DNA of 64,000 nucleotides from Balamuthia mandrillaris (GCA_031835245.2 JAVKOQ020000010.1:186001-250000), one strand, 5' to 3'; shown: positions 37,183 to 46,865, counted from the stretch's first letter. Numbers and translations are program-made. The notes: generated by a model not told the origin, from the letters alone.

Positions 37183-39200
37183 TTAGGCCTTATTATTACT
37201 CATCCAATTAATGGCCACGAAAACATTGCGATCTATTATGGTCTGATAAGCAATAGAGGGGTGACTCGAATCCTTAGCGTGCAGAGCGAGGCGTTCAAAT
37301 GGTAGGCTGCCCGGAGAGAATTCTTCCTTGGCATGATTTATAATTTCATCAGCCATGTCCCTGTCTGCAGAATTTGTACAAACGGAAACTAGCTGTTGAA
37401 AGGCTGAAGGTGGAAGTTTGATGCCAAGCTTTTTGGTTTTGTCGTATAACTTTATGGCCTGTTCTGTTGATTGTCCACATATGAGAGAAAAAAGGACCTC
37501 CAAAAATTGGGCATTTGGTTGCAGTCCAGCCGCAATAATCTCATCAAAGATTCTTTCTGCTGAATAGTAGTTCAATTACATCCGTTTCCTACAACCACAA
37601 AGAAGAGAAAACGAAAGAAAAGGCAGAAAAGAAAAACAAAACTACGAGAAAAAACAGGGTGAACCAAACGTTCAAAATTAATACCTGTTATGCCATCTAG
37701 TTGCTGCGTAGATATGGAGAGCAAAAGCTCAAAGGTGGAATGATCTGGTGACACCCCTATCGCTTTAAGGTCATCATAAATAGCAAAGGCTTGCTCAAAC
37801 AGTCCGTTTTGAATAACCATTTCTAAAAGCATATTATAGGATTTAATATCCCGATTATCGTTTTGGTGAAAGTATGTTTGCAGGAGAGAAGGCAAAGAGT
37901 CATCCAACTGAAATAAATAATAAAGTGTTAGCACAATATCTATTAAGAATAATTCTGCATTTGGCAGGACTTACTTGCAGCAAGGCCGAGCAGGCTTGTG
38001 AACTTGATGGTAGCTTGTTTGCAAAAAGTAATTGCAACAGCTTCAACGCGTTCGTTTTGTCATGCTCTTTTTGTAGACGGACTGACGTTGGATAACGATG
38101 ACAGATAAAGAGAAGAGTGTATATGGTGGAGGTGAGCATTAGTGGATCGATAATAAAGAGGAAAAAATATGAGCACATACCCGCAATCTTCTCAACAAGC
38201 CATGAAGGACAATGGTAGCCTGCCTCAACGGCAGCGACAATGAGGTCAAGCAGGTGGTTGATGTCTGTGTGTGGAGCAGAAGAATGTTTGTTAAACATCA
38301 TTCCACAAGTGACCAAATCCTGGGTGTTAAGCGGGGACACGCGGAGAAGGCCTTGTAGCATTTCTACAGCATGCTCCAGCCTGCCGGACAGTAAAAGCTC
38401 GTTTAGGGCAAACCGATAGCAAGCCTCTGCAATGTTGGCAGGGAGGCGCTCTGTTGTTTGTAGCAAACGCAGAGCGGTTTGCTCTTTGTGCGCTCGTATA
38501 TAAAATTTGACAAGATCGAAAATCATGGGGCTGGTAGGCAGCATGTTAAACCGTTGTTCGCAGATGAGGAGAAGTTTATCCACTTCCTCAGGGCCAGCCT
38601 GCCCTGCCACGCAATGTTGAAGGAGGGCGGCCATGACCGGAATGGAAGGGCTGGATGGAAGCGCTTCCAACTGCGAAAACAGTGCAGCCCACTTGGCATG
38701 TGAAGCAAGTTGCACAAGCTGAGAGCTCTCAGCTTGGTCCTGCTTTTTTTGTTGAGGATGGTAGTGATGTTGCTGTTGTTGCTGCTGCTGGGTCTGGTGC
38801 TGCGGCTGGTGATTGTGTTGCTTCTGCTTATGTTTCTGGTGGTGGTGGCGTTGAGGGGTGTGGTTGTTGGCGGAGGGAGGAGTGGACTGCGGTGTGTGTC
38901 TGGAGGGAGCCTCGAGCTCAGTTCCTGAGGAGGATGGCTTTCGTGGCCGCTTGTGTGGAGAATTCTTCGAGGAAAAGGGTCGCTGAAATGCTCCTATGGC
39001 AGTGCCAGCGCAACAACGAGGAGGAGAGGAAGAATAAGCTGAGAGCCACGCCCCCAAAAGTACAATTGGAAGAAGCACGTACCACCAACACCGCCGCCCA
39101 CGAAAGGGCGAAGGCCAAAAACGAGGCAATGCGGCCGTCGTGTTAAAGGAGACAGAGGAAGGAGGGGCAGCCTTCTGGTTTTCTTAACAAAGCAAGACAT
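37183..39200 (-). CDS. Pentatricopeptide-repeat (PPR)-like protein, probably mitochondrial, multi-exon
   Basis: DIKSYNMLLEMVIQNGLFEQAFAIYDDLKAIGVSPDHSTFELLL; AERIFDEIIAAGLQPN; ATG at 39200 joined via a predicted 44-nt intron to an Arg/Ser-rich transit-like peptide. Confidence 0.7.
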
Positions 39201-39696
39201 GTGAGGAGCTGCTTTTACTCTCCGCGTGTCGTTTTATGCAGTGTTTCTTCTTTTTTGTTGCGGTTCCCTCCGCTGTTGCTCTGTGGCAGGCTGGTGTGCG
39301 GGCGTGCGGGAAAGAAAAAAACCAAACAACCCGAATTCTCGCCGCTAATAAAAAATAGCTTTGTGTTCTCTCCACCCCCCCTAAAGCGGCGCCACGCAGC
39401 AAAATTTGGGGGGAAAAAAAAGGACAACACTTTGCCTCTGCTATTTTAGCTGGTGGCAATTTCTGTCGACTGCCCCCCCCCCCCCTCTGCAAAACTACAG
39501 CAGTAGCGCTGCTCAGGCGGGGTATTGATGGGGCGCATCGAAATTGGCCAATTGGGTAAATAGCGCGGATCTTATGATCTTGGCGCCATGGAGTGTACCT
39601 GTTCATTATTATGGGGGAGAAAGTAGCGGCCAAGCACTCAACCAGGAAACTGTTGCTAGGGGCCCTTAGTCAGGGCTTCTCTTCCACACCTGTAAG

Positions 39697-41007
39697 ATGC
39701 TGATGGAGGAAGAGACTTGGTTGGACTCTGAGGACGAATGGATCGTGCCTTCTCCCTTACGGGCACTGCGTGGTAGCGGAGAGTGGATCCTGCCCGCCAA
39801 TTCAGGGAGGAGGAAAAGCCTTCCCGATGACAAGGAGTCCTACTTGGTGGTGCACGAGCTGGCCCAACATGCCGCCAGGGCACGGAGGCGGCCTCTCAGC
39901 TGTGACCTCAGCCACCACATGAAGGTGCAGTCTCTAGCGGCTGAAACCAAACACCCCAACCACCAGCACCACAATAAGCAACAAAAAACAGAGGCAAAGA
40001 CTCCAGATGAACTGCCTCCTTTGGAGTGTACAGCGACGGGGTTTACGCGACCGAGATCTCGTTCCCTTCACGCCAGCTTTTCTCCACGGGACAACACCAT
40101 CACCGACACCATCGACGCAGGCTCAAAGCCAAATGCAGCTGAGCACTCCCGTCCAAAGCTAAGCTTCAGCGACAGCAGCGATATGGGAATGGATCTCAAA
40201 ACGTTGGAAGAGAAAACCCGGAAACGGTACTACAAGCAGCTGAAGAAACAGAAGAATAAGGGCAACTTCGTTGTGGGGCGTGCTCTCTGGCACAACATCT
40301 TGCATTTGCCACGAAAAGGCATGGTCGTCCTGGCCAGCAGCAACAGCAGTCCTGCCATTGACCTCGACTTTTACGGCAAGGACAAAGCGCACACAAAGCA
40401 CAAAACGAAAACAGGTGTCCTCAAGCCTAAAAGGAACAACACACCAGACAAGATCATACGAGAGCGGCGTACCAATTTGCCGCCGCTAAAGGACGGAGAA
40501 GGCTCAGACGAGTCAACAGAAGGAGAAGCAGGAGGCGGTTACGATAGCGACTCTGGCGTGGTGATTAGACCAAAGAGGGACAGGGCCAGACAGCGAACTA
40601 TCTCTCAACCAAAGGAAGCGACAAAGAGGCGACCACGTGCTACCCTATGGGAACTGGAGGAAATAGAGGAGGAAGGCGAAGAGACTTGCGTACAAAAAGG
40701 CATGGCACTGGGTGGACGGAATAAGTGTCCTCCAGAGGAGGGAGCAGCTGTCTACCTCCCCAACAAGAAAGAACGCAAAATCAGTCGGCAGGAGCTTAGT
40801 CATGCTGTACCTACTTCCTGCCGCCGAGCATCCAGTGGGCATGCTTCTCCTATTTCAACAAGGAAACAGACCAAACCAGCAGACCAAGAAAATGACTCAG
40901 AGCCAATAACAGAGCGGAGGCGAGGGCGGCGGCATACCTACGCCGTTGGACAAGGAAGAGAGCCCAAGGTGTTGCCTCAGCTTGTGCTCCAAGGGTTCAG
41001 TGGCTAG
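39697..41007 (+). CDS. Hypothetical 436-aa basic, low-complexity protein
   Basis: Long single-exon ORF with ATG and downstream AATAAA; no recognisable domain. Confidence 0.55.
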   Translation: MLMEEETWLDSEDEWIVPSPLRALRGSGEWILPANSGRRKSLPDDKESYLVVHELAQHAARARRRPLSCDLSHHMKVQSLAAETKHPNHQHHNKQQKTEAKTPDELPPLECTATGFTRPRSRSLHASFSPRDNTITDTIDAGSKPNAAEHSRPKLSFSDSSDMGMDLKTLEEKTRKRYYKQLKKQKNKGNFVVGRALWHNILHLPRKGMVVLASSNSSPAIDLDFYGKDKAHTKHKTKTGVLKPKRNNTPDKIIRERRTNLPPLKDGEGSDESTEGEAGGGYDSDSGVVIRPKRDRARQRTISQPKEATKRRPRATLWELEEIEEEGEETCVQKGMALGGRNKCPPEEGAAVYLPNKKERKISRQELSHAVPTSCRRASSGHASPISTRKQTKPADQENDSEPITERRRGRRHTYAVGQGREPKVLPQLVLQGFSG

Positions 41008-41098
41008 TAAGGCTGTTTCTTTTTAAAATAAAATATATTTCTGTTGTATGTGAAAGGAAGAGCTTGCTATGAGGTCATATATCCATTCTGTCTGTGGT

Positions 41099-44000
41099 TT
41101 ACTCTTGTAACAAATAAGTTTCGTCGGGAAGAGAGAATAAATAAACGCTACCGTCTTCATTGCCACTGGCCACCATGTCTTCGTTAGGTGTTAACGCAAC
41201 ACTCGAGATAGGATGAGTTGTTTTGATGGCGGCAATTTGAGCGTCCCGCCCTCCTCTGTGGCAATCCCAAAAACGCAAGCATGCATCTTCGCCACCGCTC
41301 ACGATGAAGCCGGTCTTAGTCCACTGACAGCTTTGCACACCACTTTCCTTATGGGTTCCTGTTATTGTTTGGAGGTGATCAACATGAGGCAACAATTGTG
41401 TATGAAATATGAGTCGTTAGGGGTAGCCTACCTCCGTGAGCAAACAGGTGAAGGGGTTCCTCCAATTTGCGAATATCATAGACGAGTATTGTGTCCGCAG
41501 TATCAGAGGAAAGGAAAAACCTGCCACATGGGTCAAACGATATTGTGTTTATATCTTGTTGCCCAGTGTTGATAACAGCGGAGCGGGTATGGCCTCCGTC
41601 CCGCATATCATACTGCCGAATGAGACCTTCCTCCGAACCCACCAAAAACGTGCTTCCTGTTTGGTCAGCCTGCATCATGAAGTATGAGAAAAATACTGCA
41701 GCAGAGGGGGAGAGGAGAAGACCTAAAATTAGTCTTCTTTTCAAGTTAAAACAAAACATACCACTACACAACAAAAGTCTTGAGTTGTTTCCCGTATAGA
41801 TTGTATCTGCATCTGAGCTTCCACATTCCATACCTGGATCTAAACAGTGAGTGGCAAGGCACAGCACATTGGTAGCATATTAGATTGCAATATTCTGGAA
41901 TGGGCGATGCTTACAGAGAAGACATACCTCGGCCTTTCTGTAATATGACCGAGCAATGGCAAGGAGTACGTTGGTATAAGGTGGAGTAGCGAATGTAATA
42001 TCATGCAAGCCAATTGGTCTTGAGGAATACCCTGCCTGAGAATGTAGCTCACAAAGGCAATCACCAGTTTCCATGTTCCACAGGAGCAATGTGCCGTTAT
42101 CGGCACAGGATGCAATGACGGCCTCCCTTTCTGGGTGCAAGGCGACACGGTTCACCGGTGCTGCATGACCCACTTCAGATCCACCTGATAGAATGACAAT
42201 TCTTTAGCAGATAATACGCTTGAAAGCTACGCAAAATATGAAGAACAAGATAATAATAATAATAACCAAGATTGTGCAACAATGAATAGCTCTTTGGATC
42301 CCATACCTATGAACATTGATGAGTATATTACTGAATAGAGCGCATCGGCGGAATCCGAAGTTACAAACCCGAACTATGTGGTCATGGCAGGCCGTTATCA
42401 AAAATGAGCCGGAAAGGGAAAATTGTGTATCGGATATGATGGCAGGAGGGCTATGTCCCTCTAGGACATGTACTTTTTTGCACTTTAAATCATAAACAAG
42501 TGACTCGTTTGGAGGACCTCCAGTACCTACCGCCAGCTGTTTTCTGTTATTCATTCTAGGTTAATTCAAGGAAAAAGACATAAAGGCCAGCAACTACAAA
42601 ATTACAATGCTGAGACATACTGATCAGGATTGGGATTGAACTTTACATCTATAACGGCCAGTGTTGCATATCTGATGGATTAAAAATCACACAAGTGAGT
42701 AAACTCACAAATGAAAGTTCTTGCGAAGACGCGGTGATGGGGTGGGCTAGAGGGCTACAGAAGCGCCCATCCACTTTCCCATCAGCACGCCCCCATATGG
42801 CTCCATCGGGCAACGCCGCAACAGAGGCTCCTAAGGAGTATGTTGCGAGCTCCATTTATATCTCGATCCAGTCGTATCCCACAGTCCCTGCGTCCGCACT
42901 CGAAGATTCGCTCACGCCGGTTGTGTTGCTTCTGTTCGTGAGTCACATGGAGGCACCAGGTGCAAGTCTTGCTGGTCCAGGCCTCCGAACGAATGTAGAC
43001 CTTGGTGCCCCATTCCCTCGCCTTGTGCAGCAACCACTGGCGGAATCGGTAATGTCCCCAGGAATAGAGCATCCTGGCGGTCTTTTTGCCGATCTTCCTC
43101 CGCCGCCTCCCTCGGGTGGCCGTAATGCCCTTCACACCAAAGGGAGGGATGATGATGTGGTCGTAGCGGCGGCACAGGAAGAGGGCCGTCTTGCGGTGAA
43201 AGTCATCGACCAGGTTGGTGACCCTCTTTCTCAGTTTGAGCAGAGCGCGAAGTTTTCTCTTGCGGCGGCTCGGTGGGGAGCGGTCGATTTTGGACTGCAG
43301 GGCGTCGGCATGCTTTCCGAGGCGCCAGATGCGACCAAAGTCGTTGCGTCCAAACTCCCTCACCGTTCTCTCGGTAGGACTATATCCACACAGAAAGGTG
43401 CGAACCCCTGGATCCAAGGCCACGATGCTCCCTTGGTTATCAGGAGCCCGTTCATGATGTTGGATCGGGATCGGCACGCAGAGCCAAAAATGTTGACGCT
43501 TGTCCTTGTGCAGTGTGCAGGTTCGTCTCAGTCGGCCCTTGTCGTCCAACTCCAGGCCTTCTAAAGCGTACGCTACAGGGTCGAACATGGGGTCTATGTG
43601 CTTAACGTGGGGATTCGGCAACCGCCGTCGTCTGGGTGTCCTCTTGCGGGTTTCATTGGCTTCTTTCCAACGCTCGTTCACGTGGAGCTCGTCGGGGTAG
43701 ACGAAGCCCTTCCACCAGTGGACGTAATGTCCGAGGATCTTGATGGACTCGGTGCGGTGGTCCTTTTTGCGCTTGTACTTGATGGAGAAGCGTCGGATAT
43801 GACCCTGCTTCTTGAGCGTCCAGCAGGTGAGGTAATTGCCGTGGAGCTGCTTTACCGCCTCGTGCTTGATGGAGTAGGGGACGTCTTCCAAGTAATCGAA
43901 TATGATTCTAGGTTTAACCACGCAGACGCCCTGCATCCGACTCAGCTTCCACGCCACTCTACTCCTCTTCTTTTCCTCCTCTTCTTCTTTCTCCGTTGTC

Positions 44001-46681
44001 TTGCAGTCTCGAAGAGTGGTGTTCCAGACTTTCCTCGCCCCTCCGAACCAGCGGTTGAGGATCCGGGCTTGTTCCTTGGTGGGCCTCAGACGTATCTTTC
44101 TCGTCTTGAACAGCGTCGGATCTTCCTCCTCCTCTTCGTCGTCGTTTGGATCCTCCTCTGTCGCCCTTTTCGGTTTGCCTCGGTCTCTTTGACGTGCTCG
44201 AGCTGCCTCCTTGGCCAGCTGTATATCGTCTTTGACCGTGGTGTCTACAGACAAAGACGGTAACGAGGGAGAGGAGGTCCTCGGCGAGGACGTTGCTTGG
44301 TTCGGCCTCGTCGTCGTCCTCGTCGTCCGGACGGTGCACCAGGAGACGGGTTCCGCACCTACGGAAGATGTGCTCGACGAGCTCGTAGGCGATCCGACAG
44401 AGGCGGTCTCGGTGGGCAACCACAACCTCCTCGACATGTCCAGCAAGGACTCGCTCCAGAAGGGCGACAAAGTCCTTGCGCTTCCAGTTGATGCCCGAGC
44501 CGATGTCGCTGTAGACCTTGTGCCTCGGGTAGGCTTCTCGCATACGCTCAACTTGATGCTTGAGGTGCTCTCGTTGTCCGTGACTGGAGACTCGACAGTA
44601 GATGGCCTTGATCTTTTCGGTGGCCTCGGGTTCTGGGACCGCGGCGGGGAGGCCAAGAAGCTCTCTAACGTGCTCTGCCGCGTAGCGGCGGTGCCCGCTT
44701 GGGGTGCGGAGGGCCGCCACCTTGCCCTCCGTGTGCCACTTGGCCAGCCCGCTGAGGGAGACGCCATAGCGTTTGATCAGCTTCGTGGGGGCGACGTAGT
44801 GCAGATCTTCGGTGGGTTCTCTGAGTCGTGGGGTAATGGTAGTGGTAGCGTCAATGGTGGTGGTTTGTGACATGTAGGGACTGTGGGATACGACTGGAAA
44901 GAACGGAGCGGTCGCTTAAATAGTTTCCACACGGCCCCGACAACCAAGCATTTGGTGTCAAGGACCGTGAAAACTGCGAAGGAACCCACAGGGGTCGTGT
45001 TGTAATTCGGGAAATAAAACAGTGAAACTTACCTGCTTGTTGAAACCGCCTGAAACTGCTTGAAATGGTTTCGCTGTAGCTGAGATTTTTGCTGTTCATC
45101 GATTAGCGCCTTCAGTAATGGACAGCGGAATGTAAAGAGAAACAAGTAAAACACACCCAAGAAGGATTCCGGCTCCAGTCGTAGCAAAAACGCCGTTTCT
45201 GAACCAAAGGATACCACTTATAACTGGCTGTCACCTCTATTGGAAGAACAGCAGGTCAGAAACGGAAACATAGAAACAAGCGAGATGAATATGGACTAAA
45301 AATAAGTACAGGATGACGTTTGTAATGGCTGCGAATGTATACTTTTTGAGGAGGGTTGGCCAAGGCGAGGAAACCTGTTATCGCTGTTACGATAACGCGC
45401 AACTTCTGGGTAGGAGTTCGGAGTGCCACTATGTGTGTGTTAGAAATAAAATAGGACAACAAAAACATGGAGAAACAACAATTGTTGCTAGGTCACCTTT
45501 CTAGATCCTCAAGATATCTTATGAGGTCCTCCATTGTCCGACCAGGTAATATTTTACAAAGGTGGAGGAGGTTAAGCCGTTCAGATCTGGCAGCTATTCC
45601 TGATGATTTCACGGTAGACTCCTCCTCTGGAGAAAATGGAACGTGCAGGATATCCCCTTCTGCTAGTTCCGGATTGTACACTTTCAGCAGGCGAACGAGG
45701 GCAGAAGCCTTCAGATAAGGGCGTTTAGTCAACTGCCCCGGCTCCAAAAAGTACTGTCGGTACTCCTCCTCACTGGTAGATAATGGGGAAAAAAAGCATA
45801 GGAGCTTAAATAAGGATGTACTGGCGTGTCTCTCTTAATAAATACCTCGTTGAAAAGAACGCCTCTTTCAGTTTTGTAGGCCACCACTCAAGTTCTGTCT
45901 TCAATTCGTCCTTCCGCTGTAACTGCAATTACGATGTAATGAGGACTATGTGTGTGTGAGAGAGAGAAAGTGAGAGGAGACGAACTTCCTCTTGTATCCG
46001 TTGTCTAATACAAGAAACCCGCGGAGAAGGAGCAGGACTAGAATTGGCAACAGCAAGAATTTGAAGCATTGCGTCCAGTTGTGTCAGCATAGAAGCGTAC
46101 GGTTGCTATCCAATAGTGACGGTAATGTGTCAGAAGAAGCACAGTTAAGAAATAGCGAAGTCTGGTACCTTGTCTTCCGGTAGAGACAGTGCAGCATTTT
46201 GAGATAACGTCCGTAATAGAGTGTCTTCTCCCATTTGAACAATCTGGCGTGGGTAAAGCTCGTTCAAGTTTCTTTGCAACGCCTCCAGTCTCTGCTTAAA
46301 GAGTTGCCATTCAGGAGTGAAGGTTTGTTTCTCCTCCTCCTCCTCCCCCTGTTGGTTCTTGTTATTGTTGTTGAGTGGGGTGGCGGTTGGAAGCTGCTGG
46401 TCTTGTTCGGGCCGTTTTCGTTTCTTTCCCTCAGGAGCTTTCTGAGCTGTGAAAGGCCTCGTTTGTGGTGTGGGTCCCGCAGCGCTACCGCTCGCGCAGG
46501 CAGCAGTGAGTGTTTGAAGTGATATTGGCGAGGGGAGTGAGCCCTCCGCGTGGTGGAACGTAGCGTAAGGCTGCTCTTTCAGTGAAGTCTCCGGCTTTTG
46601 CAGCAAGGCTTGCAACCGCGCCAGCTGCTTAACTTGTGCTTGTATTTCATAGAGTCTGCCAAAATAGATCAGAAGACGGCA

Positions 46682-46722
<41 letters not shown>

Positions 46723-46865
46723 GTGAGTGAGTGAGTGAGTGAGTGAGAGTGAAAGAGAGAGAAATACGTGGTCAACTGCAGGTTATAAAACGCAATCTGT
46801 GAACCAGGGGCGGCGGGGGCGGCAGCCCTGGGAGGAGTGGATTGCTTTCCCCACTCAGACGTCAT
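41099..46865 (-). CDS. WD40-repeat protein, multi-exon; one intron carries the IS607/Fanzor element
   Basis: GHSPPAIISDTQFSLSGSFLITACHDHIVR, GHAAPVNRVALHPEREAVIASCADNGTLLLWN, FIVSGGEDACLRFWD; exon join across 42672-45032 gives in-frame QAVSTSR-YATLAVIDVKFNP. Confidence 0.85.
42652..42890 (-). ncRNA. Predicted Fanzor omegaRNA: scaffold overlapping the ORF 3' end, plus a guide derived from the flank
   Basis: Hairpins at 42735-42784, 42719-42729 and 42695-42708 downstream of the ORF, where TnpB/Fanzor omegaRNAs are encoded; 5' boundary is a guess. Confidence 0.55.
42782..44767 (-). CDS. tnpB: Fanzor2 / IS607 TnpB RNA-guided endonuclease (661 aa)
   Basis: KTRKIRLRPTKEQARILNRWFGGARKVWN; RuvC-I IVALDPGVRTF; RuvC-II IIIPPF with the relocated Glu in SEAWTSKTC; zinc finger CTWC...CGRRDC; RuvC-III DRDINGARNILLR. 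Confidence 0.95.
   Translation of the reverse strand: MASPSAGWPSGTRRARWRPSAPQAGTAATRQSTLESFLASPPRSQNPRPPKRSRPSTVESPVTDNESTSSIKLSVCEKPTRGTRSTATSARASTGSARTLSPFWSESLLDMSRRLWLPTETASVGSPTSSSSTSSVGAEPVSWCTVRTTRTTTRPNQATSSPRTSSPSLPSLSVDTTVKDDIQLAKEAARARQRDRGKPKRATEEDPNDDEEEEEDPTLFKTRKIRLRPTKEQARILNRWFGGARKVWNTTLRDCKTTEKEEEEEKKRSRVAWKLSRMQGVCVVKPRIIFDYLEDVPYSIKHEAVKQLHGNYLTCWTLKKQGHIRRFSIKYKRKKDHRTESIKILGHYVHWWKGFVYPDELHVNERWKEANETRKRTPRRRRLPNPHVKHIDPMFDPVAYALEGLELDDKGRLRRTCTLHKDKRQHFWLCVPIPIQHHERAPDNQGSIVALDPGVRTFLCGYSPTERTVREFGRNDFGRIWRLGKHADALQSKIDRSPPSRRKRKLRALLKLRKRVTNLVDDFHRKTALFLCRRYDHIIIPPFGVKGITATRGRRRRKIGKKTARMLYSWGHYRFRQWLLHKAREWGTKVYIRSEAWTSKTCTWCLHVTHEQKQHNRRERIFECGRRDCGIRLDRDINGARNILLRSLCCGVARWSHMGAC
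43959..44873 (-). CDS. tnpA: IS607-family serine recombinase/transposase TnpA
   Basis: MerR-like HTH (YGVSLSGLAKWHTEGKVAALRTPSGHRRY), catalytic AIYCRVSSHGQ, SDIGSGINWKR, VVVAHRDRLCRIAYEL, LAEDLLSLVTVF. Confidence 0.95.
   Translation of the reverse strand: MSQTTTIDATTTITPRLREPTEDLHYVAPTKLIKRYGVSLSGLAKWHTEGKVAALRTPSGHRRYAAEHVRELLGLPAAVPEPEATEKIKAIYCRVSSHGQREHLKHQVERMREAYPRHKVYSDIGSGINWKRKDFVALLERVLAGHVEEVVVAHRDRLCRIAYELVEHIFRRCGTRLLVHRPDDEDDDEAEPSNVLAEDLLSLVTVFVCRHHGQRRYTAGQGGSSSTSKRPRQTEKGDRGGSKRRRRGGGRSDAVQDEKDTSEAHQGTSPDPQPLVRRGEESLEHHSSRLQDNGERRRGGKEEE
44915..44922 (-). promoter_or_regulatory. TATA-like box (TATTTAAG) of the element's internal promoter
   Basis: ~25 nt upstream of a pyrimidine-rich TTCCAGTC and ~45 nt upstream of the TnpA ATG. 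Confidence 0.35.

Larger units (their letters stand above)
42672..45032 (-). mobile_element. IS607-family transposon (TnpA + Fanzor2) within, and possibly identical to, a 2361-bp spliceosomal intron
   Basis: Two intact overlapping ORFs; GC/CpG-richer than flanking introns; bounded by CAG|GTAAGT and CATCAG|; exact element ends are inferred. Confidence 0.85.

Noticed and set aside
42695..44870. Plus-strand ORFs of 289, 221 and 219 aa
   Set aside because: Antisense shadows of the GC-rich tnpA/fanzor ORFs with no recognisable motifs
42867..44898. 23-bp inverted repeat read as the transposon's terminal inverted repeats
   Set aside because: One copy lies inside the Fanzor ORF upstream of the RuvC-III Asp, so it cannot be a terminus; IS607 elements lack TIRs
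42672..45032. Group I intron (classical IStron) or bacterial contamination
   Set aside because: Only 159 nt precede tnpA, too short for a group I core, and no P7-like motifs were recognised; boundaries are canonical GT-AG within a coherent eukaryotic gene
45041..45070. 10-bp-phased TGAAA repeats as proof that the element extends past 45032
   Set aside because: They encode in-frame host exon sequence (HFKQFQAVST) that splices correctly; kept only as a weak observation
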